Source: a virus
Lineage: Duplodnaviria; Caudoviricetes
IMG/VR virus record: IMGVR_UViG_3300042315_000849
Span: 1 to 30,634 of that record
Direction: 5' to 3' (one strand)
Length of the DNA stretch: 30,634 nt
Positions 6,956-16,110 of this stretch are shown one piece after another. A model generated the notes under the pieces. The model was not told where the DNA came from. It saw only the letters and a list, made by a program, of their open reading frames with translations, and made no database searches. The translations under genes and the position numbers were made by a program. The stretch's first letter is position 1; the number at the start of each line of letters is the position of its first letter.

Positions 6956-9476
6956 ACAGATCAGTTTGTATTTCTTTCCCTATCTCTGGCAAAGACCAAC
7001 CAATTGCTTGATATAACCTTTCTATAGGTTGAGTCACTAACTTAGCAAACATTTTATCCCAATCCACCTTAATGCCAAATTCTTCCGGTAAGATAGAGGT
7101 GTATGTTATAGCATCCAATCCGTATTTGTTTTTAGCACAATATAGTTTTTTTACTTTTTGACCGGCTTGAATAGCTTCAAATTTATCGTCTAGTTTCAAT
7201 TCTTTAATAAGAATATTGTACGCAATTGCCCCTTTTACGTGAGATGGAGTAGCGTTATTAAATTTGTATAAAGATGCTCCATTTGCATATTTTTCTAAAT
7301 TGTTAATGGAAGTTCTAGCTGCAATGTCGTTGGGGTCTAGTGCCTGAAATGATGTGTGGCAATTTTGATATACCTCGTTTGATTTTTTGCGACATTGAGT
7401 AAGCAAAGCTGTTTTTGTTATATCCTCAATTAATTTTTTAACTTTTTTTGGAGTCGTAGAACGAACAAGTTCTACTCCTGTATATTTAAATTTATCGGTC
7501 GGTACACCCTCGACATCTAAAACGTGGAGTATATATCTTTTCTTTTGAAGAAAAATACCTACGTCTGAAATAACTTCTCTTTTAAAAACGTAGCGAGGAT
7601 CTACAGAAAATAATTCTTTTTTTGCCCACTCAAGAATTTCTTTATTTACTATCTCGTCAAGCTCGTTAACAAATTTGTGGGCTTTTTCTGAAATTTCGTT
7701 GCCGTTAAGCAAATCAATTTGGAATTTTTCAAGAAATGGATTTACTGTAATATAAATCGAATCTGTATCTTGATATAGGGTGCAAGACTTATCGATATTG
7801 TATTTTTGTTTTAGATAGCAATCAATAATTTCAGCTCCAGCTTTCGCCACGTTTTGGCCAGTGACCGTAATTGATGTTGCGTTATCAATATCCATCAACG
7901 AAGAATGTTTGTTCGCAAATGTACCGTAAATTGAATTCAATAAAATTTTAAAAGTATATTGAAGCGTGTCTAAATAAGTTATTTTAAGCAAGGTTTGCTT
8001 GTCTGACTTTTTTAATTTTTTAAGTAAAGTTAATTCGTTTTTGGTATTTACTCGCTCTTTGTAAATTTGATCAATAAGGTTCGGAATTACCCCTTTTGTT
8101 TTTTGAGAATATAAAACACCAGCTTTTGAAAGTGCTACTTTTTCGGTTTTCAAAAAGGTGTGAAATTTATCAATAGAAAGAGTGTGAGATTTTCCGTTTA
8201 ACAAAACTAGTGCTACTTCTTTGTCTGTTTGATCAATTACTTTGCCTAGTTTGGTTTCAGGAGATATGTTTAACGTAATAATTGTATTTGGATACAAAGA
8301 ATTTACGTCAAAACTTACAATTGCTTTTTGCAAGCCTTTTTCTGGATCTCTTACGTAACCTCCTTCGTATGACTCTCTATCAATTTTGTTCGGAAAAGTA
8401 GGAATGACATAACCTTGCTTTGAAGCTTGTATCGCAACAGCTCCTGTTACAATTGCTACTTTACCTAAAGCTGACTCGAAATTTGTACATCCTTTATAAG
8501 AAAGTATTCTAGCAATTTCCAAAAATTTAAGCTTTTCTTCCAATCTCACAAGCAAGTGAACGTCTTGTATATTATAGTCTACAAATGTCTTCCAATCCGT
8601 TTGTGCTAATTCTCCGAGACTGACAGCGTTGTGTGCTATTTTTCCTTCGCCTAGTTCTAATTCGGAAATATAATTCAAGCTAAATGATTCCTTTTCTCCT
8701 GGAGAAAACGTCTTGTACAAGTCCATATAATCCAAAAGGGATATGCCTTGGATCGACCATATGGTTGTTTCTTTGCCCATATCAGTAAAGACTTTTCTTC
8801 CTCTGACATTGCCTGTCGGAGATAACTGATTGATAAAATCTTCCCCAAAAACTTTTCTAAAACGATTTATAATATACGGAAAATCGAACCCTTGAGAATT
8901 CCAGCCTGACGCAACATCTGGATAATCCAACTTCCAAAAATCCACAAATCTTAAAATTAAGTCTTGCTCATCTTTGCATCTATAATAAACGCAATCCTCT
9001 ATAGAAGGAGAGTATTCGTTTTTTAATCCCCAAGTGTGTGTAATTTTTTTAATGCTATCATACACAGTAATTAAATTAATGGGAACTGCTGCTTTTTCAG
9101 GAGTAGGAAAGCCGGATTCAAAAGTAGTATCAACCTCAATATCCAATAAGAAAATTTTAAGAGGAAATTGAGAAAATTCTGGATCATTATTTTGATCCTT
9201 ATACATTTCTATAAGAAATTGTTGCTCTGGACCTAAATTGTGAAATATTCTTTTGTTTGCAGTGTTGTCAACGAATCTGCGTCTCTCAATGCTGTTTTTG
9301 AATTGCTTCTTTACAAGCGACGTTTTGAAAATAGACGTTGCATCACTCGAACCTTCTTTCTCTAAGAAAAGGTACGGTCTAAACGGTATTTCGGTATCTA
9401 TCCTGTCCCCATCTTCTGTCCACGTACGCAAAAATACTGATTCATTAAAAGGATTATAAGAAGCTGAACGATACAT
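6936..9476 (-). CDS. gp43: Family B DNA polymerase (gp43-like) with 3'-5' exonuclease
   Basis: Exo motifs LDIEV, GWNSQGFDFPYI, YNIQDV; Pol motifs SFDVNSLYP, KILLNSIYG, YQDTDS, KKRY; 846 aa, uninterrupted. Confidence 0.96.
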   Translation of the reverse strand: MYRSASYNPFNESVFLRTWTEDGDRIDTEIPFRPYLFLEKEGSSDATSIFKTSLVKKQFKNSIERRRFVDNTANKRIFHNLGPEQQFLIEMYKDQNNDPEFSQFPLKIFLLDIEVDTTFESGFPTPEKAAVPINLITVYDSIKKITHTWGLKNEYSPSIEDCVYYRCKDEQDLILRFVDFWKLDYPDVASGWNSQGFDFPYIINRFRKVFGEDFINQLSPTGNVRGRKVFTDMGKETTIWSIQGISLLDYMDLYKTFSPGEKESFSLNYISELELGEGKIAHNAVSLGELAQTDWKTFVDYNIQDVHLLVRLEEKLKFLEIARILSYKGCTNFESALGKVAIVTGAVAIQASKQGYVIPTFPNKIDRESYEGGYVRDPEKGLQKAIVSFDVNSLYPNTIITLNISPETKLGKVIDQTDKEVALVLLNGKSHTLSIDKFHTFLKTEKVALSKAGVLYSQKTKGVIPNLIDQIYKERVNTKNELTLLKKLKKSDKQTLLKITYLDTLQYTFKILLNSIYGTFANKHSSLMDIDNATSITVTGQNVAKAGAEIIDCYLKQKYNIDKSCTLYQDTDSIYITVNPFLEKFQIDLLNGNEISEKAHKFVNELDEIVNKEILEWAKKELFSVDPRYVFKREVISDVGIFLQKKRYILHVLDVEGVPTDKFKYTGVELVRSTTPKKVKKLIEDITKTALLTQCRKKSNEVYQNCHTSFQALDPNDIAARTSINNLEKYANGASLYKFNNATPSHVKGAIAYNILIKELKLDDKFEAIQAGQKVKKLYCAKNKYGLDAITYTSILPEEFGIKVDWDKMFAKLVTQPIERLYQAIGWSLPEIGKEIQTDLFDLFAK

Positions 9477-9487
9477 ATTCGTTCTCT

Positions 9488-9515
9488 ACTTTAGACGAAA
9501 TGTTAAGAATGTCAA
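9488..9515 (-). promoter_or_regulatory. sigma70-type promoter for DNA polymerase
   Basis: TTGACA-N16-TAAAGT, 11 nt before ATG. Confidence 0.72.
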
Positions 9516-10747
9516 ACGATAAATCTTCTTTCAGAAGATTTATAAGGAGTAAAGTACACTTCGTAGTGTTTCATTAAATTGTGATCATCATCTAGCCAAA
9601 ACTTTTCAGCAAAAGCTCGTGACTTTTTGCACATATCTGAATATGTTGTTTGATTTTTTAACGCTGTTTTAATGCAATCAATAAACTCATTTCCGTTTTT
9701 GTATTTCAAAAAAGCATCTTTGTATGTAACCATATCTGGACATACACATGGCAAACCAAGTGCACCCGCTTCAATTAATTTAATGTTGGATTTACAACGA
9801 TTAAAATTATTGTCTTGTAAACACGCAAAGGTCAATTGAGCTCCAGAGTTAGCCATAGTTTCAGGAAATTCTGATAACTGGACCCATGGAAAGAATTTCA
9901 TTTCTCCTTTGTCGATAAAGGGTTTTAGCGTCAATGGATAGCTACCGTAAAAATGCCAATTGAATTCAGTTCTGGTTTTAATAATATTGTCCACAACAAA
10001 CGCAAAGTCGTCTTGTTGATTGGTTCTGTTAAGCACATCACAATGAGTGCCTGAAGCAAAAATAGCAACTATTGGTTTTTTCTTGTTTTTGTCGTAAGCT
10101 TTTAGTAATTGATTGAGATTGTAGTATCTATCAAACCACCATTTCATAAGATAGTTTGGAATTACTGTAATTTTTTTATTGTCAATCTTTGATGACATGT
10201 ATTCTTTAAAGTAATCGGTTGTAACAACAATTTCGTCCATAATACCAAGAATGTCTTTAATGGACGATTGAATTTCAGGTGAAGTAAACGCATCTCTGTT
10301 TCGATTGTAAATAGGAATATCTTCCGCAAAAACTACATCATCTACTTCGTAAATCATTTTAGTTTGTTTTTGTGTGCGTTCTCCCATTTGTTTAAGAGCA
10401 AATAAAAAGTCCTTTTGGTATGTTGTTGCTTGTCTTTGTACTTTAATGGAGTCAACGGTTTGATAAAACCGTTCATCTAAAATCATAGTTGTAGATTCTG
10501 TTATGACAGCTTTTTGGTTGATGTTTAACAAAAAATTAGCAGACATGCAACGATAAAACCCACAACCACCGTAATCAGCCAAGTAGTTTAAGGCTCGCTT
10601 AAGACCGGTTGAAGGCATGGCTGGTGGAGGAATTACTGGAGGTTGTGCAGTACGAGTGACTAAATTTTGTGTCGGAACTCCATATGGGGTTCCAATCGGC
10701 GCTCCAATTAAACTTTTAATGCCTACATCTACTATTTGATTCATCAT
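9512..10747 (-). CDS. GT-B fold glycosyltransferase (GT4/GT1-like)
   Basis: ADYGGCGFYR, YEVDD, VTTDYFK..VIPN, FNRCKSNIKLIEAGALGLPCV (nucleotide-sugar-binding K..E.G..G.P motif); Pro-rich N-terminus. Confidence 0.8.
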   Translation of the reverse strand: MMNQIVDVGIKSLIGAPIGTPYGVPTQNLVTRTAQPPVIPPPAMPSTGLKRALNYLADYGGCGFYRCMSANFLLNINQKAVITESTTMILDERFYQTVDSIKVQRQATTYQKDFLFALKQMGERTQKQTKMIYEVDDVVFAEDIPIYNRNRDAFTSPEIQSSIKDILGIMDEIVVTTDYFKEYMSSKIDNKKITVIPNYLMKWWFDRYYNLNQLLKAYDKNKKKPIVAIFASGTHCDVLNRTNQQDDFAFVVDNIIKTRTEFNWHFYGSYPLTLKPFIDKGEMKFFPWVQLSEFPETMANSGAQLTFACLQDNNFNRCKSNIKLIEAGALGLPCVCPDMVTYKDAFLKYKNGNEFIDCIKTALKNQTTYSDMCKKSRAFAEKFWLDDDHNLMKHYEVYFTPYKSSERRFIV

Positions 10748-10760
10748 AATATATAAAGAT

Positions 10761-10788
10761 TAATTACAAAGTATAATAAAAAAGACTA
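10761..10788 (-). promoter_or_regulatory. Promoter-like element
   Basis: TAGTCT-N16-TAATTA upstream of the glycosyltransferase; weaker match. Confidence 0.3.
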
Positions 10789-12582
10789 GGATTGAATTGA
10801 AGAAATCCCATTCTTTTTTATTACGTGTATTGTGTGTTCTGCTTTTGTTGTTACTTCTGGTCCTCTGTGTGTAATAATGTAACAGGATTCCCCGCTTTCG
10901 TTAAAGCGCTCTCTTAACAACCTAAGTGTTAGATACACCCCTCTATCATCAAGCGACGAATCTAATAATTCATCGTAAAATACCGTGCTAAAATTAACAT
11001 CTCCTTGGAGTCTCCGTATATCAGCAAAAGCAAATAAACATGCTAGATCAATTCTTTTTCTTTCTCCTCCAGAAAAGTTAAAATAAGACTTTTGGTTGGA
11101 ACTCTCATCTACTATTTCTTCGTCAAAAAATTCATTAAATTGGCACAGACAATTTGCTTCGAGTTTTTTGAGATAAAAAGCTAGACGAGAATTTAATACT
11201 TTGAGAATTTTTTTTACGATAAATGATTTAATTCCCTCTTCTGAAATCACAAATTTAACAGTTTCTAATACATTTAATTCGTTGTTTAATTGATTTACCT
11301 TTTCTTTTACTTCAATCATTTGCTTTTGAAGTAGAGCTACTTTTCCTTTAAGTTCGTTATTTTGTTCTTTGTTTACGATTAAAACTTCTTCTTCAATGTC
11401 TTTTAAATTTAATTTTAAATGATTAATACTAAGAGTAAATGAATTGTTATCGTTTATTGTTTTTGTAACAAGAGTTACATTTTCAATGCAAACTTTTTTT
11501 GCAGCTTGTAAGCTAACTATCTGTTGGTCAATTTCATCTAAACTTTTTTTAATTTTATCTTCTGCTTGAGTAAATTGATTTATTGTTGCTTTGTGCTTTG
11601 TAATAAGTTTGGATACATGATCTATGTGCTCTTCTGAATATTCTCTAGAACATGTTGGACATTTGTCTTTGTTCGTTTGAAGTTGTTTTATTTGCTTGTT
11701 TTCGGAATTAACTTCTGCTTGTATAGTGTTAATTTTTGATTGGAGTTTTTGCTTTTTTTCATTCCAAGATACTAACAGAGTTTCAATACGATTCAATTGT
11801 TCTGTGTCTTTTTCGGTGGTTGGCGCATCCAATTTAACAATTTTGTTTTCTAATGTTTGTATGTCCGAAGTAATCGTTTTTTTCTTTTCATTTAGCTTGC
11901 TAAAACGCTCCGTTTTTAACTGTTCATAATTTTCTAATTGGGTTTGATTAAAAGAAAGCTCTGCTTGGGTTTGTTCTAATTTTGCATACGTTAATTCGTA
12001 ATCCTTTTTAAAAATGCTGTAATCGTCTCTAACCCTTAAGACCATTTGAGTAAAAACTTCAAGACCTAAAACACTTTCAACAAATTTGCGCTTGTCTGTT
12101 TTTGGTAAAGCCATAAAAGGCGATGCATTATTAGCAGACATAATAACAGAGTTTTGAAAAACTGTAGCTGGGGTGTGTATTAACTGTTGGATTAATAAGT
12201 TTGTTTTAGCTAAAGTTGACCGTGTTATGTCTTCATCGTTTTTAATAAGCTTACATTGAGTGGGATTTAATTTTCTTATAATTGTATAAGAATCTGTCGT
12301 GTTATTAGAGTTAACAGAAAATTCTAAGCGTACTTCACACCTCTGTTTAGTTAAGCTGTTTTGAACGTAATCTTTAGAAATTTCTCGGAGAGTTGTTCCA
12401 TATAAAGCGTAATAAAGTAACTCCGTTATACTGGATTTGCCTGCTCCGTTCTTGGAATCTTCTTTGTCGTGATTTGTTCCAATTATAGCGTTTACTCCAG
12501 GTCTTAAATCAATAGAGTTGGTTTGATTGCCGAAAGAAAGAAAATTTTTTCCTTCAAGCAATTTAAAAGTAATGAATTTCAT
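10786..12582 (-). CDS. gp46: gp46/SbcC/Rad50-like recombination ATPase
   Basis: KNFLSFG, Walker A NGAGKS, coiled coil with CPTC zinc hook, FSGGE signature, FYDELLD Walker B, IITH. Confidence 0.95.
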   Translation of the reverse strand: MKFITFKLLEGKNFLSFGNQTNSIDLRPGVNAIIGTNHDKEDSKNGAGKSSITELLYYALYGTTLREISKDYVQNSLTKQRCEVRLEFSVNSNNTTDSYTIIRKLNPTQCKLIKNDEDITRSTLAKTNLLIQQLIHTPATVFQNSVIMSANNASPFMALPKTDKRKFVESVLGLEVFTQMVLRVRDDYSIFKKDYELTYAKLEQTQAELSFNQTQLENYEQLKTERFSKLNEKKKTITSDIQTLENKIVKLDAPTTEKDTEQLNRIETLLVSWNEKKQKLQSKINTIQAEVNSENKQIKQLQTNKDKCPTCSREYSEEHIDHVSKLITKHKATINQFTQAEDKIKKSLDEIDQQIVSLQAAKKVCIENVTLVTKTINDNNSFTLSINHLKLNLKDIEEEVLIVNKEQNNELKGKVALLQKQMIEVKEKVNQLNNELNVLETVKFVISEEGIKSFIVKKILKVLNSRLAFYLKKLEANCLCQFNEFFDEEIVDESSNQKSYFNFSGGERKRIDLACLFAFADIRRLQGDVNFSTVFYDELLDSSLDDRGVYLTLRLLRERFNESGESCYIITHRGPEVTTKAEHTIHVIKKNGISSIQS

Positions 12583-12594
12583 TTAGCCAAGTCT

Positions 12595-12622
12595 AGTATA
12601 GCTTTTGAAACAAAAAAGACAA
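12595..12622 (-). promoter_or_regulatory. sigma70-type promoter for gp46
   Basis: TTGTCT-N16-TATACT, 12 nt before ATG. Confidence 0.7.
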
Positions 12623-12623
12623 C

Positions 12624-13352
12624 TTAGCCAAACCATTTAAATTTTGAGTAATAGAGCTCGTCTGATAAATAATGAGCTCCGTCTCCTGGATGCAGTTCTA
12701 TGAGTCGAGACTTGTTTATAGAGGTAGCCATAGCAGAAGGAGCACTTAAATTACCACAATAATGTTTACAACTGTTTAATTTAACATAAAAATCTTCCAG
12801 TGTACTAACTTTAATCATAGGAATTTTTGAATTAAACGGGAATGCTTTATACTGATGTTCATCATAACAAATGAATGCACAGTCGTAATCATTTATTAAA
12901 CGCTCGTATATTTGATGCTTCGAGTTGGTAATGGGCGATCGGTGAGTCGAACGGTTTATTAATACGGTGTTTTTGTAATCGTCATCTACACGATCTATGT
13001 GTATCCATTTAAAATCTTTTGGTGGTTCTGGTATACCAAAAAACATTTGAAAATATAGTCGAAGCCAATTCGTTCGATACAGCAAAGGAGATTTTCTAAA
13101 ATTAGTTAAATCTACATCTACTGAGTGAGCTTCGGAATTGTAGAGTTCAAATTTGTTTAACCACGGCTGCTTTGAAATAATTGGATACAATTCATTATAC
13201 GTAAAATCCAATGGCTTTTCAAAATCTTCTCCTTTGTTAGTGATAAATAAGTTAACTTTTTGGTCAGTTTGATCGTATACATACTTGCAAACGCAAAGTT
13301 GGTGAATAAAATCTCCCAGCTTTCCTGCCGCCAAAAAATTTTTATTTCCCAT
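12624..13352 (-). CDS. Putative glycosyltransferase (GT9-like)
   Basis: N-terminal GKLGDFI motif and C-terminal YCGNLSAP.AMA resemble the heptosyltransferase-like GT-B family; island context. Confidence 0.6.
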   Translation of the reverse strand: MGNKNFLAAGKLGDFIHQLCVCKYVYDQTDQKVNLFITNKGEDFEKPLDFTYNELYPIISKQPWLNKFELYNSEAHSVDVDLTNFRKSPLLYRTNWLRLYFQMFFGIPEPPKDFKWIHIDRVDDDYKNTVLINRSTHRSPITNSKHQIYERLINDYDCAFICYDEHQYKAFPFNSKIPMIKVSTLEDFYVKLNSCKHYCGNLSAPSAMATSINKSRLIELHPGDGAHYLSDELYYSKFKWFG

Positions 13353-13593
13353 ACATTTTGGTAGAACCTTGTTTGTATAGCTTTTGTGGTTTGCCTGTAG
13401 TAATTATCTCGTTTAATTGTTCGTCTATTTCTTGAATTAAATCAGTTCTAAACGAATTTGCGACATTTGTTACTCTAGTAGCGTCAGCAATTTGTTTGTC
13501 GGAAGCATTTTTATCTCTTTTGATGTCTTCTGCCATCCAAATGCGAATGTTTGTAATAGTTAATTTGTCTATCAGGTTTCCGATTGTTTCCAT
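13342..13593 (-). CDS. Small helical protein, DUF4254/DUF6165-like
   Basis: IG.LIDKLTI.NIRIW.AED..R...N..R..LI.EID pattern seen in glycosyltransferase-cluster accessory proteins. Confidence 0.55.
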   Translation of the reverse strand: METIGNLIDKLTITNIRIWMAEDIKRDKNASDKQIADATRVTNVANSFRTDLIQEIDEQLNEIITTGKPQKLYKQGSTKMYGK

Positions 13594-13596
13594 AAA

Positions 13597-14205
13597 TTAA
13601 TCAAGCAACAAATAAAAATCGTTAACAGCATTTCGTTTATCTTTTTTATAAGAAAAATTATTCAAATATTGCTCTATTTCGTTATTGTTATAATTGTTCT
13701 CAATAACAAACAAACGAGGTTTCCATTTATTAATATCAAACCCTTTTAATACGTCTAATTCAGTTCCTTCCGTATCAATTGATACAAAATCAATTGTTTT
13801 AAACAACGAGGTTTCTTCTATAATTGAATCTAATGTCCTTACATTAACTGATATCTCAATAGTATTTTTAATTAAAGAAGCGTGGTCATTTATAAGTCTT
13901 TTGTCTGCTTTTAGAGAACTTACTGCTTCTTCGTTTCCGTTGTGTAAGTGATAAATTGTAAATAATTCTCCGTCTTTGTTGTAATTGCTAACAGCATAAT
14001 TTGCTGTGTTGGTCCTAGCTACTTTACACTGAGCGTACAATGTAGGATTAGCTTCAACGCAAAGAGTATTCCACTTTCTTTCTTCAAACAAATATGAATT
14101 ATTCCCAGCCACTCCATTTGCGGCGCCAACGTCTATGCAACTCCCAATGTATCCTTGCGGAAAGTATTGAGCAATTATATCATCTTCTCCGAATTGTGCG
14201 TACAT
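13597..14205 (-). CDS. FkbM family SAM-dependent methyltransferase
   Basis: YAQFGED, IDVGAANG, CVEANP, TLDSI, IDFVSIDTEGTELDVLKG. Confidence 0.9.
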   Translation of the reverse strand: MYAQFGEDDIIAQYFPQGYIGSCIDVGAANGVAGNNSYLFEERKWNTLCVEANPTLYAQCKVARTNTANYAVSNYNKDGELFTIYHLHNGNEEAVSSLKADKRLINDHASLIKNTIEISVNVRTLDSIIEETSLFKTIDFVSIDTEGTELDVLKGFDINKWKPRLFVIENNYNNNEIEQYLNNFSYKKDKRNAVNDFYLLLD

Positions 14206-14208
14206 AAA

Positions 14209-14811
14209 TTATTTTCTAGTAAAAATATAATTGTATTTCAATGCTGTATCCAAAGCATATCCTTGTTCTTCCATAAAAGAAACATATTTGTCATCATAAA
14301 GATAATTTTCAAGTAAAATAACTTTAGGTTTATATTTGTTTGAATTAAATCCTTTCATGACTTCTAATTCCCATCCTTCTGTATCAATAGATACAAAATC
14401 AACTGACTCGATGTTCAAATTGGACAATAAAGTATCCAATTTAACAACCGAAACTTCAATTGTTTCGGTTGTATGTTGATCGACTATGTCGTATTTTGGA
14501 GTAAGACTTGAATAACTAATTCCGTTTATTGATTGTTCCCATCCAGTATTAATAATTTGAAATTGAGATATTTTTTCTTCATTAGAACATGCGTATTGAT
14601 AAATTTCATGATTTAATTGTTTGTGCTGCTCAATAAATTTTGGATTTGGTTCGATGCAAATGCATCTCCATCTATGATCACGAAAGTGTTTGGACATACT
14701 ATAAAATTGAGGAGGACCAGCTCCTACTTCCACCATAGTGTGAGTCTCTGAAAAATTAGGAAAAAATTTTTCTCTAATATATTTATCTGTATGAAATTCT
14801 GCGTAATACAT
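14209..14811 (-). CDS. FkbM family SAM-dependent methyltransferase
   Basis: VEVGAG, CIEPNP, KLDTLL, VDFVSIDTEGWELEVMKG; start moved from 14922 to the ATG at 14811 (MYYAEFH), which removes the overlap and matches its paralog's length. Confidence 0.88.
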   Translation of the reverse strand: MYYAEFHTDKYIREKFFPNFSETHTMVEVGAGPPQFYSMSKHFRDHRWRCICIEPNPKFIEQHKQLNHEIYQYACSNEEKISQFQIINTGWEQSINGISYSSLTPKYDIVDQHTTETIEVSVVKLDTLLSNLNIESVDFVSIDTEGWELEVMKGFNSNKYKPKVILLENYLYDDKYVSFMEEQGYALDTALKYNYIFTRK

Positions 14812-14818
14812 AGTTAAA

Positions 14819-16069
14819 TTATTTAATTGTTGAGTTACTAATGATTTTAAATTCCGGGCAAGGCACAATAAATTTGCCTCCGTTTTCAAGAAAATTCTTT
14901 TCTCTTTCAATAAATTCAGCAATAAAATGCCAAGGCAGCACTAACAAATAATCTGGGTTGAGTTTTCTCATTTCTTTTTCGGAAATAATTGGTATATTAG
15001 TGCCAACTGTTTTATGTCCAAATTTATATGAACTTCTTTCAGCAATTGCTGTTATTAGAGTATTGTCTATTCCAAAATATTGTAACAATGTGTTTCCTTT
15101 AGTGGATGCTCCATATCCACATATAACTTTGCCTTTTGCTTTTTCTCGTTTAAGAAAGTTAACAGTTTGGACTTTAAGTTTGTTAATTTGATTAAAAAAC
15201 GAATTCCAAGTATCAAAATCTGTCATTTTTAATTTACTTTCCCAATTAAGCAACGACTCAATCCGAACGTTGCACACGTCTCTATAAGGAGCTGTGCTAA
15301 AAGAATTAACGTTGCTGTTTTTTTTCTTAACGTATAACCGAAAACTTCCTCCGTTGGTGTCGTTTAACTGAACGTCTACTACTTTAAGCTTTGCGGCGGA
15401 TAACACTTTTTGAATTGATGCTAAAGACCAGTAATAAACATGCTCATGACATATATTGTCAAATGCGTGTTGTTTTAACATAAGAGGAGTATAGCTCATT
15501 TGCAATACAAAAAGCCCGTCATCGTCCAATACTTTGTGCACATCTTTTAAGAAAGAAAGAGGTTCATCCAAATCATAAAACATAGCAATACATGTTATTA
15601 CCTTTGCTTTAACGTCTTTAAACTTTGATCGTTGATATGACTCGTACGAAAAGAAATCTTGGACTACATCATCTGCAATTTTTTTGGACTCTGATAAAAA
15701 AGAGTCTTCTGCTGGATCTATTCCTAATTTATTATAATCTTTCGGAACATAGCTCAACAGCGTTCCGTCATTACATGCAATGTCCAGCCACAAATCGTCT
15801 TTTTTGTGTTGTTGCAAACTAATAACGTCATCTACTATTCCTTTAAGTACACCCTTCATGGTAGTGTTAATACCGCTTCTATACCAATATTTTCCGAACA
15901 TAGAATGTATAGGAGTAGTTTGATTTAACCTAACTGCTCCATACCGTTCGTCAATTACTAAAGTTAAGTCGTGCTTGCCGGCTCTGGCGTCTGCTTCGTT
16001 TTTAATAAAATCTGAAACATATAAATTTCCTAGACTGAAAAGCTTTTTGGAAAAACGTTCTTTATTCAT
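14819..16069 (-). CDS. NDP-hexose C-methyltransferase (TcaB9/KijD1-like)
   Basis: LDIACNDG, FDNICHEHVYYWS, NGGSFR, YGASTKGNT, LPWHF. Confidence 0.88.
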   Translation of the reverse strand: MNKERFSKKLFSLGNLYVSDFIKNEADARAGKHDLTLVIDERYGAVRLNQTTPIHSMFGKYWYRSGINTTMKGVLKGIVDDVISLQQHKKDDLWLDIACNDGTLLSYVPKDYNKLGIDPAEDSFLSESKKIADDVVQDFFSYESYQRSKFKDVKAKVITCIAMFYDLDEPLSFLKDVHKVLDDDGLFVLQMSYTPLMLKQHAFDNICHEHVYYWSLASIQKVLSAAKLKVVDVQLNDTNGGSFRLYVKKKNSNVNSFSTAPYRDVCNVRIESLLNWESKLKMTDFDTWNSFFNQINKLKVQTVNFLKREKAKGKVICGYGASTKGNTLLQYFGIDNTLITAIAERSSYKFGHKTVGTNIPIISEKEMRKLNPDYLLVLPWHFIAEFIEREKNFLENGGKFIVPCPEFKIISNSTIK

Positions 16070-16081
16070 TTAATTTGTATT

Positions 16082-16110
16082 ATTTTAATCTATTTTTTTG
16101 AATTTTTCAA
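16082..16110 (-). promoter_or_regulatory. sigma70-type promoter for the C-methyltransferase
   Basis: TTGAAA-N17-TAAAAT, 12 nt before ATG. Confidence 0.5.

Noticed and set aside
3739-9476. Inteins or introns in the helicase, recombinase or polymerase
   Set aside because: All have normal lengths, contiguous motifs and no splice-junction signatures
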